A stretch of 58,843 bases of DNA from a virus (lineage: Duplodnaviria > Caudoviricetes). The DNA lies in the IMG/VR virus record IMGVR_UViG_3300036793_000038, positions 1 through 58,843 of that record; one strand, given 5' to 3'. A model generated the notes under the pieces. It did not search any database and was not told the origin of the DNA. It was given only the letters and a program-made list of their open reading frames with translations. Both the position numbers and the translations under genes were made by a program. Positions 9,746 to 16,844 of this stretch are shown here, piece after piece (position 1 is the first letter of the stretch; the number at the start of each line of letters is the position of its first letter).

Positions 9746-9760
9746 CAGCGTTTCTCCTGT

Positions 9761-10648
9761 TCAGCCAAGGGCCGTGGTAGCAACCAGCGCGGCGAAGTGC
9801 ACGCAGGGGTCGAACGTGGCGGCGAAGTACCGCTGCGCCCAGATCGTGCGGATGTTGGTTGCCCGGTCGATCGTCTGCACCGGGTCGGTGATGACGTCGA
9901 TATCGGACAGCCGGACGTCCACGACGCCGGTCGCGTACATCCACGACGTGCCGGGCGCCGCTGCACTGCCGTCCGGCCCGCTGCCGTCGTAGCCGCTGGC
10001 CGCGACCACGATGTTGCCGCGCTCGGTGAACACCATGTCGCCGACGGTGTGAAAGTTGTACGGCGACATCTCGGCGACCAGGTAGTCACAGTGGATCATG
10101 ACCTGCTGGCCGCGACTGGCCTCCATCGCGGCCCGCTCGATCAGCCCCAACGCCTCGGCTGGCGACGGGATCGGCGTGCCGACGGTCGGCGTGACGTCGG
10201 TGGCGGACGAGTCGGCCAGCGCGAAGTTGACCACCTGATCGCCGGTCGGCGTCACGAACGGAACAGCGGCCGACTCCGTGCCGGTCCACAGCTCGTGCGA
10301 CACGGCGTAGTCGGTACCCGCGTCCGCCTGTCGCCGCACGATGTCAATGTCCACGTCACGGTAGGTGCGGATCGCGCACGACCGGTCGACCCGGAACGCG
10401 GTCGGCTGGTAGTACACGATGTCGTCACTGGCCTCGGCCGGCAGCGACTCAATGTCGTCGCACCGGTTGAAACCCTGGATCTCCAGGCATGTCTCGGGCC
10501 GCCACGCGAAGCCACCCGTCCAGTGCAGGTCGGGCGTCGGCGGACGGCGGGCGGATGCCAGCAGGCCCATCCTGCTCGTGGCCGCCTGCGGGCCGTAGAC
10601 GGGCAACCACTGGCCCGCCACGACGTTCGACGGCTGTGGTCCGGTCAT
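9761..10648 (-). CDS. Major capsid pentamer protein (Rosebush gp16-like)
   Basis: 295 aa after hexamer gene; ELWTG, GN.VVA.SGY, WMYATG, RATN...AQR motifs. Confidence 0.75.
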   Translation of the reverse strand: MTGPQPSNVVAGQWLPVYGPQAATSRMGLLASARRPPTPDLHWTGGFAWRPETCLEIQGFNRCDDIESLPAEASDDIVYYQPTAFRVDRSCAIRTYRDVDIDIVRRQADAGTDYAVSHELWTGTESAAVPFVTPTGDQVVNFALADSSATDVTPTVGTPIPSPAEALGLIERAAMEASRGQQVMIHCDYLVAEMSPYNFHTVGDMVFTERGNIVVAASGYDGSGPDGSAAAPGTSWMYATGVVDVRLSDIDVITDPVQTIDRATNIRTIWAQRYFAATFDPCVHFAALVATTALG

Positions 10649-10681
10649 GCTCGCCTCCCTTCATCGGCTCGTGGACCGGGA

Positions 10682-10714
10682 CCGGCCGTGCGCCTCGGGG
10701 CAGCGCACGGCCGG
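10682..10714 (-). terminator. 12-bp stem hairpin between capsid hexamer and pentamer genes
   Basis: CCGGCCGTGCGC-N9-GCGCACGGCCGG perfect inverted repeat. Confidence 0.65.
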
Positions 10715-10721
10715 GACCTGA

Positions 10722-12560
10722 TCACGAGTTGATGAACTGCGGGGAGATCGTGCCGACCGTGGCACCCGACGGCTTGCCCGTCACGATGCCCAGGCGCAGC
10801 GACTCGATGCCCCGGAACGCCAGGCCCTCGAACGACTCGGTGAAGGTCCGGTACCGGTTGCGGGCGTTCAGCACGCTATCCCGGACCAGGCCCAGGTCGA
10901 GCACGCCGCCGTCCAGGTACAGCCAGTCGCCCGTGGCAAACAGGGCGGTGTCCACGACCTGCGGGAACTCCGGGACCTGCGAACCGGCCGCCGCGTTGTC
11001 GTAGAACTGCTGCGGCATCACGTTGGCGGTGCCGCCGATCTGCGTCTGCGCCAAGCCGTCCAGGTGCCACACGGGGGTGACGCCTCGGGCCGCGAACCAG
11101 CCGTCGATCGTGGCGTTCGCGACCGCCATCTGCGCCATGTCCAGTGCGAAGCCACGGGTCATGTCGGCCCGGATCAGCTCGCGCACCCAGCGAGGCAGGA
11201 TGAAGGTCAGCGGCACGACGTCGTTGAGGCGGTGCCTGCTCCGGTAGTAGGCCACCGAGCGGTCCAGGGTCACCAGCATGTCGCGGGCGCTGGACACGGA
11301 CGGACCGGCCGCCGCGCCGGGAGCCACCCAGTTGAAGTTGGTGCCCGGCCCGATCAGCAGCTTGCTGCCGGGGTCACCGGTCTGCGTGCCGTCGGTGGAG
11401 CCGTTGAGCAGCCGAGTCAGCAGCTGGTTCTCCATGAACCGGGCCGCCGCGATCAGTGCCGCCTGCGTGGTGGCGTCCGCCCATTCCGGGTCGAACCGCG
11501 AGGTGAAGTTGGGGAACTCCATGCACAGGTACGTGCTGTAGACCGAGGCGGCCAGCAGGCCGGGGCAGTCCACGACCGCGCAGCCCTTGACGACCGAGTC
11601 GTCAGGGGGATTGGGAACCGAGGCGTCGTCGGCCGCCGTCCAGATGCCCAGGCCGCCCGTGTGACCGGACTCGCCCAGGACGTCACTGCCCAGCGCGTCG
11701 AACGGCGGCCGGTACTGGATGCCGCCGCGCTCCACCTGGAAGCGGTTGAGGGCGTTCATGACGGGCCGGTCGGTGACGCCGATCGTGTCGATGTCGTAGA
11801 TGATCTCCAGCGGGGCACAGAATCCACCGGCCGCCGTGATCGCCTGCGGGTCCTGACCGGCCTCGATCTTGCGCGTGTTGTCGGTCCAGGTGGCGTCCCT
11901 GCTCAGCACCCGATCCTCCGGGTAGGACAGGTTGAAGCTGACCACGTGGTGCTTCGCGCCGTCGGCCGATGCGCCGCCCCGGTCCGGGGTGAACACGTCG
12001 TTCATGCGCGTCGCCATCGCCGCTGCCATCTGCTCCCGACCGAGCTGCTGGCCCATGTTGAAGCCACGGACCTCGGCGGACAGCGTGCGGGTGGCGGTGA
12101 TCGTGCCGGCGTTGGCGGACGCGCCCTGGTCGCCTCGTGCGGCGGTCGCGGCACCCAGCGGGGCACCGGCGGCCGTGGTGGCGCCACCCTTCGCGCCGGT
12201 CGAGGACGGGGCGGTCTTCTGGCCCTTGGCCTCGGCCTTGTCCTGATCGGTGTCGCCGTCGATCGGGTCGCCCTTCGGGCCGCCGGTCGGCTTGGTCGCC
12301 AGGTCGCCGTCGGTCGCCTCGGTCTTGCCCTCGGGCAGGGCGGCCAGTGCGGCAGCCTTGTCGTCGGCGAGCGCGGTGCGCCGGTCCTGCTCGGCCTTGA
12401 CCTGCTTGGCCTGATCGGCGTAGCCCACCAGCTGGTCGACGTCCTCGCGGGACGTTGCCTCGCGCAGCGGCTTGGCCTGTTCGGCGATGAAGTCCAGCGC
12501 GCCCTGGAGGTCGGCGTCGGACGCCTCGGCCAGGCTCGCGAGGATCTGCGTGATGTCCAT
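10722..12560 (-). CDS. Major capsid hexamer protein with N-terminal scaffold region
   Basis: Start ATG 12560 (AGGAG RBS); AITAAGGFCAPLEIIYDI, RGGI, LDLGLVRDS.LN..N.Y..FTESFEG motifs. Confidence 0.9.
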   Translation of the reverse strand: MDITQILASLAEASDADLQGALDFIAEQAKPLREATSREDVDQLVGYADQAKQVKAEQDRRTALADDKAAALAALPEGKTEATDGDLATKPTGGPKGDPIDGDTDQDKAEAKGQKTAPSSTGAKGGATTAAGAPLGAATAARGDQGASANAGTITATRTLSAEVRGFNMGQQLGREQMAAAMATRMNDVFTPDRGGASADGAKHHVVSFNLSYPEDRVLSRDATWTDNTRKIEAGQDPQAITAAGGFCAPLEIIYDIDTIGVTDRPVMNALNRFQVERGGIQYRPPFDALGSDVLGESGHTGGLGIWTAADDASVPNPPDDSVVKGCAVVDCPGLLAASVYSTYLCMEFPNFTSRFDPEWADATTQAALIAAARFMENQLLTRLLNGSTDGTQTGDPGSKLLIGPGTNFNWVAPGAAAGPSVSSARDMLVTLDRSVAYYRSRHRLNDVVPLTFILPRWVRELIRADMTRGFALDMAQMAVANATIDGWFAARGVTPVWHLDGLAQTQIGGTANVMPQQFYDNAAAGSQVPEFPQVVDTALFATGDWLYLDGGVLDLGLVRDSVLNARNRYRTFTESFEGLAFRGIESLRLGIVTGKPSGATVGTISPQFINS

Positions 12561-12611
12561 CGGGACAGCTCTCCTCGTCATCGGATCACGTCTACTCGGT
12601 GGGCTCTTGGC

Positions 12612-12706
12612 CGCTAGGCGTGCCGTGACGGTGAGTCGCTAGGCGTGCTCTCCGTGCCCTCTGTCGATCAGAGTAGAGCACGGGAGCACGCCCTGGTCCG
12701 GGGTGT
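12612..12706 (-). promoter_or_regulatory. Capsid promoter/leader with direct repeat, hairpin and degenerate box
   Basis: CGCTAGGCGTGC at 12612 and 12637; inverted repeat 12643-12657/12678-12691; -10 TACTCT (12675-12670); box ACACCCC-GGACC-AGGGCGT. Confidence 0.5.
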
Positions 12707-12724
12707 TGCGTGTGTCGCGGGGAA

Positions 12725-13003
12725 TCACGCGTTGACGAACACGTCCTCGCGCTTGGGCTGCTCGCCCAGGGTCAGCCACTGCGTGCCGTCCCGCTCGGTG
12801 CGGTGCCGCCCGTGGCCCGCCTTGATCTCGTGCCGGCCGGTCGCCACGTTGTACTCCAGGGCCGTGTTCGGCACGGCGAACCGTCTGGAGTCCGGTACTG
12901 CGGTGCTGTGTGAGCCGTACACGTGCGACTCGCCCCGCAGCAGTCCACCGAACCACGCGGCCGGTACAGCGGCAGCGAGCGCAATCAGCAGCCAGATCGA
13001 CAT
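12725..13003 (-). CDS. Membrane-anchored hypothetical protein
   Basis: MSIWLLIALAAAVPAAWFGG hydrophobic N-terminus; TGATG coupling. Confidence 0.6.
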   Translation of the reverse strand: MSIWLLIALAAAVPAAWFGGLLRGESHVYGSHSTAVPDSRRFAVPNTALEYNVATGRHEIKAGHGRHRTERDGTQWLTLGEQPKREDVFVNA

Positions 13004-13551
13004 CAGTGCGTCTCCTCGTGTCCGTGGTCGTGCAGGCTCTCCGCGATCGTCGCCAGCACGTGTGCCCCCATCAGCAGGGCCTCGTTGTACGCCTCGTTCC
13101 TGTCCGTTGCCTCGGCTGCCACAGCATCCACGACCCGCAGGGCGCCGTCCAGGTCGCCACGAATGCTGCACTCCAGGAAGGTGTGGCGGGTCTGGAAGTG
13201 GAACATGGTGGCGTGTTCCTCGGGCGTGTGCCCGCACGCCAGCCGGTCGTGGTCCGCCTGCCCGTCATCGACCTCGATCGTGGTCTGCTCGCCTGTGATC
13301 GAGTCGATGAACGTGGCCAACTCCCACAGCACCGACCGGGCTGAATCCAGCGGGTCGTACACCGACGAGTGCCACATGAGGCTCCACAGCACCCGGCGGG
13401 CGTGATCCATGCTCCAGGCGTCCGGCGTCTCGGGCGTGGCCCCCGCGAACTCGTTCATCGTGCAGTGCACGAGCCCGATCGGGGCGACCGACGCCTTGAT
13501 CGCCGTGCGGATCATGAACGACTCCTCGTCGTTCACCAGCCACCGGTTCAT
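13003..13551 (-). CDS. Hypothetical protein
   Basis: 182-aa ORF coupled to neighbours. Confidence 0.65.
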   Translation of the reverse strand: MNRWLVNDEESFMIRTAIKASVAPIGLVHCTMNEFAGATPETPDAWSMDHARRVLWSLMWHSSVYDPLDSARSVLWELATFIDSITGEQTTIEVDDGQADHDRLACGHTPEEHATMFHFQTRHTFLECSIRGDLDGALRVVDAVAAEATDRNEAYNEALLMGAHVLATIAESLHDHGHEETH

Positions 13552-13802
13552 AGCTTCACTTCATGTGCAGCGGCCAGCAGCGGTTGCGCCTTGCCCAACA
13601 GGTCGCTCAGCTCGCTCGCCATCGTGGGAGCGAGGCTGCCGAACAGGGCCAGCGCCTCGGTCTGGTAGTCGGACGTCAGGTAGGCGCCCCCGCCGTCGGC
13701 CGCCGCGACCCGCAGGGCCAGCTTCGCGAGCTGGTTGCGGGCGCGCGGCGACAGCGTGGCGAACACGACGTCTGCCCGGTCGCGGCTCTCCTTGCGGCTC
13801 AA
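13548..13802 (-). CDS. Hypothetical protein
   Basis: 84 aa, 4-nt overlaps on both sides. Confidence 0.55.
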   Translation of the reverse strand: MSRKESRDRADVVFATLSPRARNQLAKLALRVAAADGGGAYLTSDYQTEALALFGSLAPTMASELSDLLGKAQPLLAAAHEVKL

Positions 13803-13921
13803 TGTGGCTGCACCTCCAGGGACAGGCAGTGACCGGTGTGGTCACCGCGCTTGGCCTTGCAGTCCACGCCGCCCGTGCACGGCTCGCTCTTGCGCTTGTC
13901 TTCCTTGCGGTGTTTCGCCAT
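13799..13921 (-). CDS. Small Cys/His hypothetical protein
   Basis: 40 aa MAKHRKEDKRKSEPC..., GAGGA RBS. Confidence 0.5.
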   Translation of the reverse strand: MAKHRKEDKRKSEPCTGGVDCKAKRGDHTGHCLSLEVQPH

Positions 13922-13922
13922 G

Positions 13923-14330
13923 TCAGTTCCTCTCGGACTTGCGGACGCCACGCTGGTCTTCCTTGCGGGCCGGTGCGTGGCCGGGATGGGCCTGCCGGAT
14001 CGGGTTGGAGCCGTTGGGCTGCCGCGAGGCGAACCCGGCACCCGTGGTGTTCGCCGACCAGCGGTGTGCGTGCGGACAGGTCAGGGCGTGCCGGCGGAAC
14101 AGCGGCACGCCCGCCTTGACCATCGCCTCGGCCGCGAGCTTCGTCGGTCGACCGATCACCAGCTTGCGGCCCTGCGCGGTCAGCGTCATGTTGCCGTCGG
14201 CCGACGGGGTCGCGTTGACCGGGATGCGCGACTCTTTCTTGCCCTTCGTCTCGACCACCCACACGATGTCGGCCTTGCAGTAGCCGCACTGCCGGACGAA
14301 CGGGAACACGGCGTCGGGTATCTCGCTCAC
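13923..14330 (-). CDS. Zinc-binding hypothetical protein
   Basis: CGYCKADIVW...IPVNATP..GN...H..TCP motif. Confidence 0.7.
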   Translation of the reverse strand: MSEIPDAVFPFVRQCGYCKADIVWVVETKGKKESRIPVNATPSADGNMTLTAQGRKLVIGRPTKLAAEAMVKAGVPLFRRHALTCPHAHRWSANTTGAGFASRQPNGSNPIRQAHPGHAPARKEDQRGVRKSERN

Positions 14331-14333
14331 CAG

Positions 14334-14570
14334 CTATCTCCTCGGTAGCGCGTTGAGTTGGGCGGCCTTGGCGTCGGCCGCCTGCTTGGTCTTGTACGGC
14401 GTCCCGGCCCACACGTCGTGGTCGCGGTCGCGGATACGCCACTGGTCGGTGCCGTAGCGGCGCACGTGGTAGCGGGCACGTGCCGGGTAGTGCTTGCGCA
14501 CCAGGCACGAGCACGAGCCACCCATGCACGCCTTGTGGTTGCCGCGCTTGCAGTTGCCGCAGTCGGCCAT
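14334..14570 (-). CDS. Cys-rich hypothetical protein
   Basis: MADCGNCKRGNHKACMGGSCSC; TGATG coupling. Confidence 0.6.
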   Translation of the reverse strand: MADCGNCKRGNHKACMGGSCSCLVRKHYPARARYHVRRYGTDQWRIRDRDHDVWAGTPYKTKQAADAKAAQLNALPRR

Positions 14571-14680
14571 CAGGGCCTCTTTCCGCGTACCGCGAGCCAC
14601 TGCCACCACAGCCAGTTGGCGAACAGGCGCCAACGATGCAGCAGCCAGGGCTCGTGCGGCATCTCCAGCACGATCGGCAT
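14570..14680 (-). CDS. Trp-rich small protein
   Basis: 36 aa MPIVLEMPHEPWLLHRWRLFANWLWWQW; GGAGG RBS, coupled on both sides. Confidence 0.5.
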   Translation of the reverse strand: MPIVLEMPHEPWLLHRWRLFANWLWWQWLAVRGKRP

Positions 14681-15042
14681 CAGACCTCCACCAGCATCTT
14701 GCGCAGGTACTCGATCGCCGCCGGGTAGTTGAGGTCCAGGATCGCGTCCGCCTTCAGGACAATGCCCGCCTGTGCGACCATGTCCGGCCCCTCGTCCGGG
14801 TTGGGCCGCCAGGCGAACGCCAGCACCACCTTGCGGCGGGCTGCGGTGAACTCGATGCCGCGACCGGTGCACGCCTCGGCCAGCGCGGAGTCGGCATAGC
14901 CGAGCACGGCGCCGTCGACCAGGGCGTCGGCGATCCTGAACGGGTCGTTGGTGAAGGTGACGACCTCCGGGTGCAGGTTGGCCTCCAGGACGCGCCGAAC
15001 GGGCGAGTCGTCCTGCGTGCCGGACACGATGAGCATGGGCAT
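14680..15042 (-). CDS. Hypothetical protein
   Basis: 120 aa from MPMLIVSG; TGATG coupling. Confidence 0.6.
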   Translation of the reverse strand: MPMLIVSGTQDDSPVRRVLEANLHPEVVTFTNDPFRIADALVDGAVLGYADSALAEACTGRGIEFTAARRKVVLAFAWRPNPDEGPDMVAQAGIVLKADAILDLNYPAAIEYLRKMLVEV

Positions 15043-15179
15043 CAGTGACTCACCGATGCCTTCACGGCGCTGCCGGTGTCGGTGAAGGCGTGCGCCAGGT
15101 CGGTGATGATCTGCGGGTGCGCGATCAGGATGAGCAGGACCGTGATGCCGCCGATCCACATCAGCAGGGTTCTGTGCAT
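15042..15179 (-). CDS. Small membrane protein
   Basis: 45 aa MHRTLLMWIGGITVLLILIAHP; GAGAGAG RBS. Confidence 0.55.
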   Translation of the reverse strand: MHRTLLMWIGGITVLLILIAHPQIITDLAHAFTDTGSAVKASVSH

Positions 15180-15205
15180 GGTGCGCTCTCTCTCGGAACG
15201 AGAAG

Positions 15206-15236
15206 GCCGGGCCGCTCCGGTGTGGAGCGGCCCGGC
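15206..15236 (-). terminator. Intergenic 13-bp hairpin
   Basis: GCCGGGCCGCTCC-N5-GGAGCGGCCCGGC. Confidence 0.6.
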
Positions 15237-15242
15237 GGGGGC

Positions 15243-15404
15243 TTACAGGGCGTTGACCTCCTTGATCTCGGCGTGGGGCCGACGGGACTTCAGCGCCTCG
15301 GTGACGGCCTCGGGTCCGTTGGCCTTGGCGGACCCGAGGTCCACGTAGGTCAGCTCGCCGCCGTTGATCTTCGCGTCGGTGAAGTGGATGCGGTAGGTCC
15401 TCAT
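15243..15404 (-). CDS. Small hypothetical protein
   Basis: 53 aa MRTYRIHFTDAKINGG; GAGGGAG RBS, directly downstream of box promoter. Confidence 0.6.
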   Translation of the reverse strand: MRTYRIHFTDAKINGGELTYVDLGSAKANGPEAVTEALKSRRPHAEIKEVNAL

Positions 15405-15431
15405 CGGGTGCTCCCTCGGTCGGTGTACCTG

Positions 15432-15461
15432 TAGCTTACACCCCTCGCGGGGGTGTGTCTA
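15432..15461 (-). promoter_or_regulatory. Box promoter
   Basis: TAGACA-CACCCCCGCGAGGGGTG-TAAGCT. Confidence 0.85.
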
Positions 15462-15590
15462 CCTCGGCTGCTCACCTCGTTTCTGCTTCGCGATCGACTC
15501 CTTGACCGCCTTGTCGATCTCGGCCTGATCGGCCTTGGCCTTGTCGATCTTGGCTTGCGCCTCCTTGCGCGCCTTCTCCTCGTCGGTCAC
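15459..15590 (-). CDS. Small Lys/Ala-rich protein
   Basis: 43 aa from GTG; GTGA overlap. Confidence 0.5.
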   Translation of the reverse strand: MTDEEKARKEAQAKIDKAKADQAEIDKAVKESIAKQKRGEQPR

Positions 15591-15802
15591 TTCGCACTCC
15601 TCTCCGCGCCACCCAGCCGGGCGACGAACAGCAGGACGAACAGCACGGCGGACAGGCTGGACACCATCGCCAGCACGGCGATACCCGGCCCGTAGCCGTT
15701 GCCGTAGTCCGGGTGGATCGCGCTCACGACCGCCAGCGAGGCGAGCGAGGTGGCGCACAGGCCGCCCATCGCGCAGGCGGCATCGGTCAGGAAGGTGTGC
15801 AC
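15587..15802 (-). CDS. Two-TM membrane protein
   Basis: 71 aa from GTG, AAGGAG RBS, two hydrophobic segments. Confidence 0.6.
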   Translation of the reverse strand: MHTFLTDAACAMGGLCATSLASLAVVSAIHPDYGNGYGPGIAVLAMVSSLSAVLFVLLFVARLGGAERSAK

Positions 15803-15837
15803 GGGTACTCCTTGGTCGGTGATTCGTGAATCGTGAA

Positions 15838-16071
15838 TCAGTACGCGGCGACCTGGCCGACCTCGATCAGCTCGCTGACGTGCACGGTGAACTCGCTGCC
15901 CGAGAACTCCTTGCAGTCCAGGTAGCCTGCCGCGTCCACGGCGAACACCTTGGCGTCGCGGTCCTCCTGGCCGTTGCCCTCGTCGTAGGACAGGAAGGCG
16001 GTGGCGGTGCGACCGGTGTCGGTGATGCGGCGCAGCTCGGCGACTCGGGCTTTGATCTCGCTCTTGGTCAT
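15838..16071 (-). CDS. Hypothetical protein (probably leaderless)
   Basis: 77 aa; ATG six nt after -10 of box promoter. Confidence 0.7.
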   Translation of the reverse strand: MTKSEIKARVAELRRITDTGRTATAFLSYDEGNGQEDRDAKVFAVDAAGYLDCKEFSGSEFTVHVSELIEVGQVAAY

Positions 16072-16076
16072 ACCGA

Positions 16077-16106
16077 TAGCTTACACCCCCGAGAGGGGTG
16101 TGTCTA
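16077..16106 (-). promoter_or_regulatory. Box promoter
   Basis: TAGACA-CACCCCTCTCGGGGGTG-TAAGCT-N6-ATG. Confidence 0.85.
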
Positions 16107-16844
16107 TGCCGCTTTGCCTCGATGATGCTGCTTGAACAGCGCCCTGCCCGCCGGGGTGGCCAGCATGATGTTCGTGGCCAGCCCATTCGACTGCCCCGCC
16201 GGCACGCCTTCCTTCAGCAGCGCGTCCCGCAATGTGGTCCAGGGATTGGCGCTCCCCATCCAACGCGCAGTTCCTTTCCCCTTTGTCCAGTAAAGCCAGA
16301 GTTTCGACCCCCGACCGATCTGCAAACGAGACAGGAACTGCGCCTCGGACAGGTCGGCCAGCTTGTCGCCGTCGTCGCCGCCGCCCAACCACTCGTGCAG
16401 GTCGGCCGCCGCGTCCGCCTCGTCCTCGTCCGCGTAGCCGCCGACGTCGACATACCCGCAGGTGCACGAGTAGGCCCAGCCGGTCGGCCGGTCCGTGCCC
16501 GCCACGTCCTCGGCAGTGAGTTGGTAGGTGAGCATGACGTGCTCGGGCTCACCGGACGCCTTCACGCCGCGACTGGCGATCTCGGCCAGCACCGCCTTGT
16601 GCGCCTTGGACTTGGCGCCCGGCTTGCCCAGCAGGCTCGCGCGACGGGCCAGTTCCTTGTCCAGGGCGTGCAGGTGGCCGGTGGACGTGGACTTCAGCGC
16701 GTCCCGAGGCTTGTCCTTGGACGCGAGGCTGTTGGCCGCGCTCTCCACGTTTGGGTGGCTCTTGTCGCCCACCTTGATCCAGCCGTGCACGTAGCCCTTC
16801 GGCCCGACGAACTCACCCGAGCCTGCCGGGCTCAGCCGAAAGGG
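16104..16844 (-). CDS. Head-morphogenesis-associated ORF, probably a -1 frameshift extension of the capsid protease
   Basis: Frame open from CCCTTTC (16844-16838): PFRLSPAGSGEFVGPKGYVHGWIKVG...KLWLYWTKGKG; in-frame GTG 16790 falls inside the GPKGYVHGW motif. Confidence 0.65.
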   Translation of the reverse strand, partial: PFRLSPAGSGEFVGPKGYVHGWIKVGDKSHPNVESAANSLASKDKPRDALKSTSTGHLHALDKELARRASLLGKPGAKSKAHKAVLAEIASRGVKASGEPEHVMLTYQLTAEDVAGTDRPTGWAYSCTCGYVDVGGYADEDEADAAADLHEWLGGGDDGDKLADLSEAQFLSRLQIGRGSKLWLYWTKGKGTARWMGSANPWTTLRDALLKEGVPAGQSNGLATNIMLATPAGRALFKQHHRGKAA

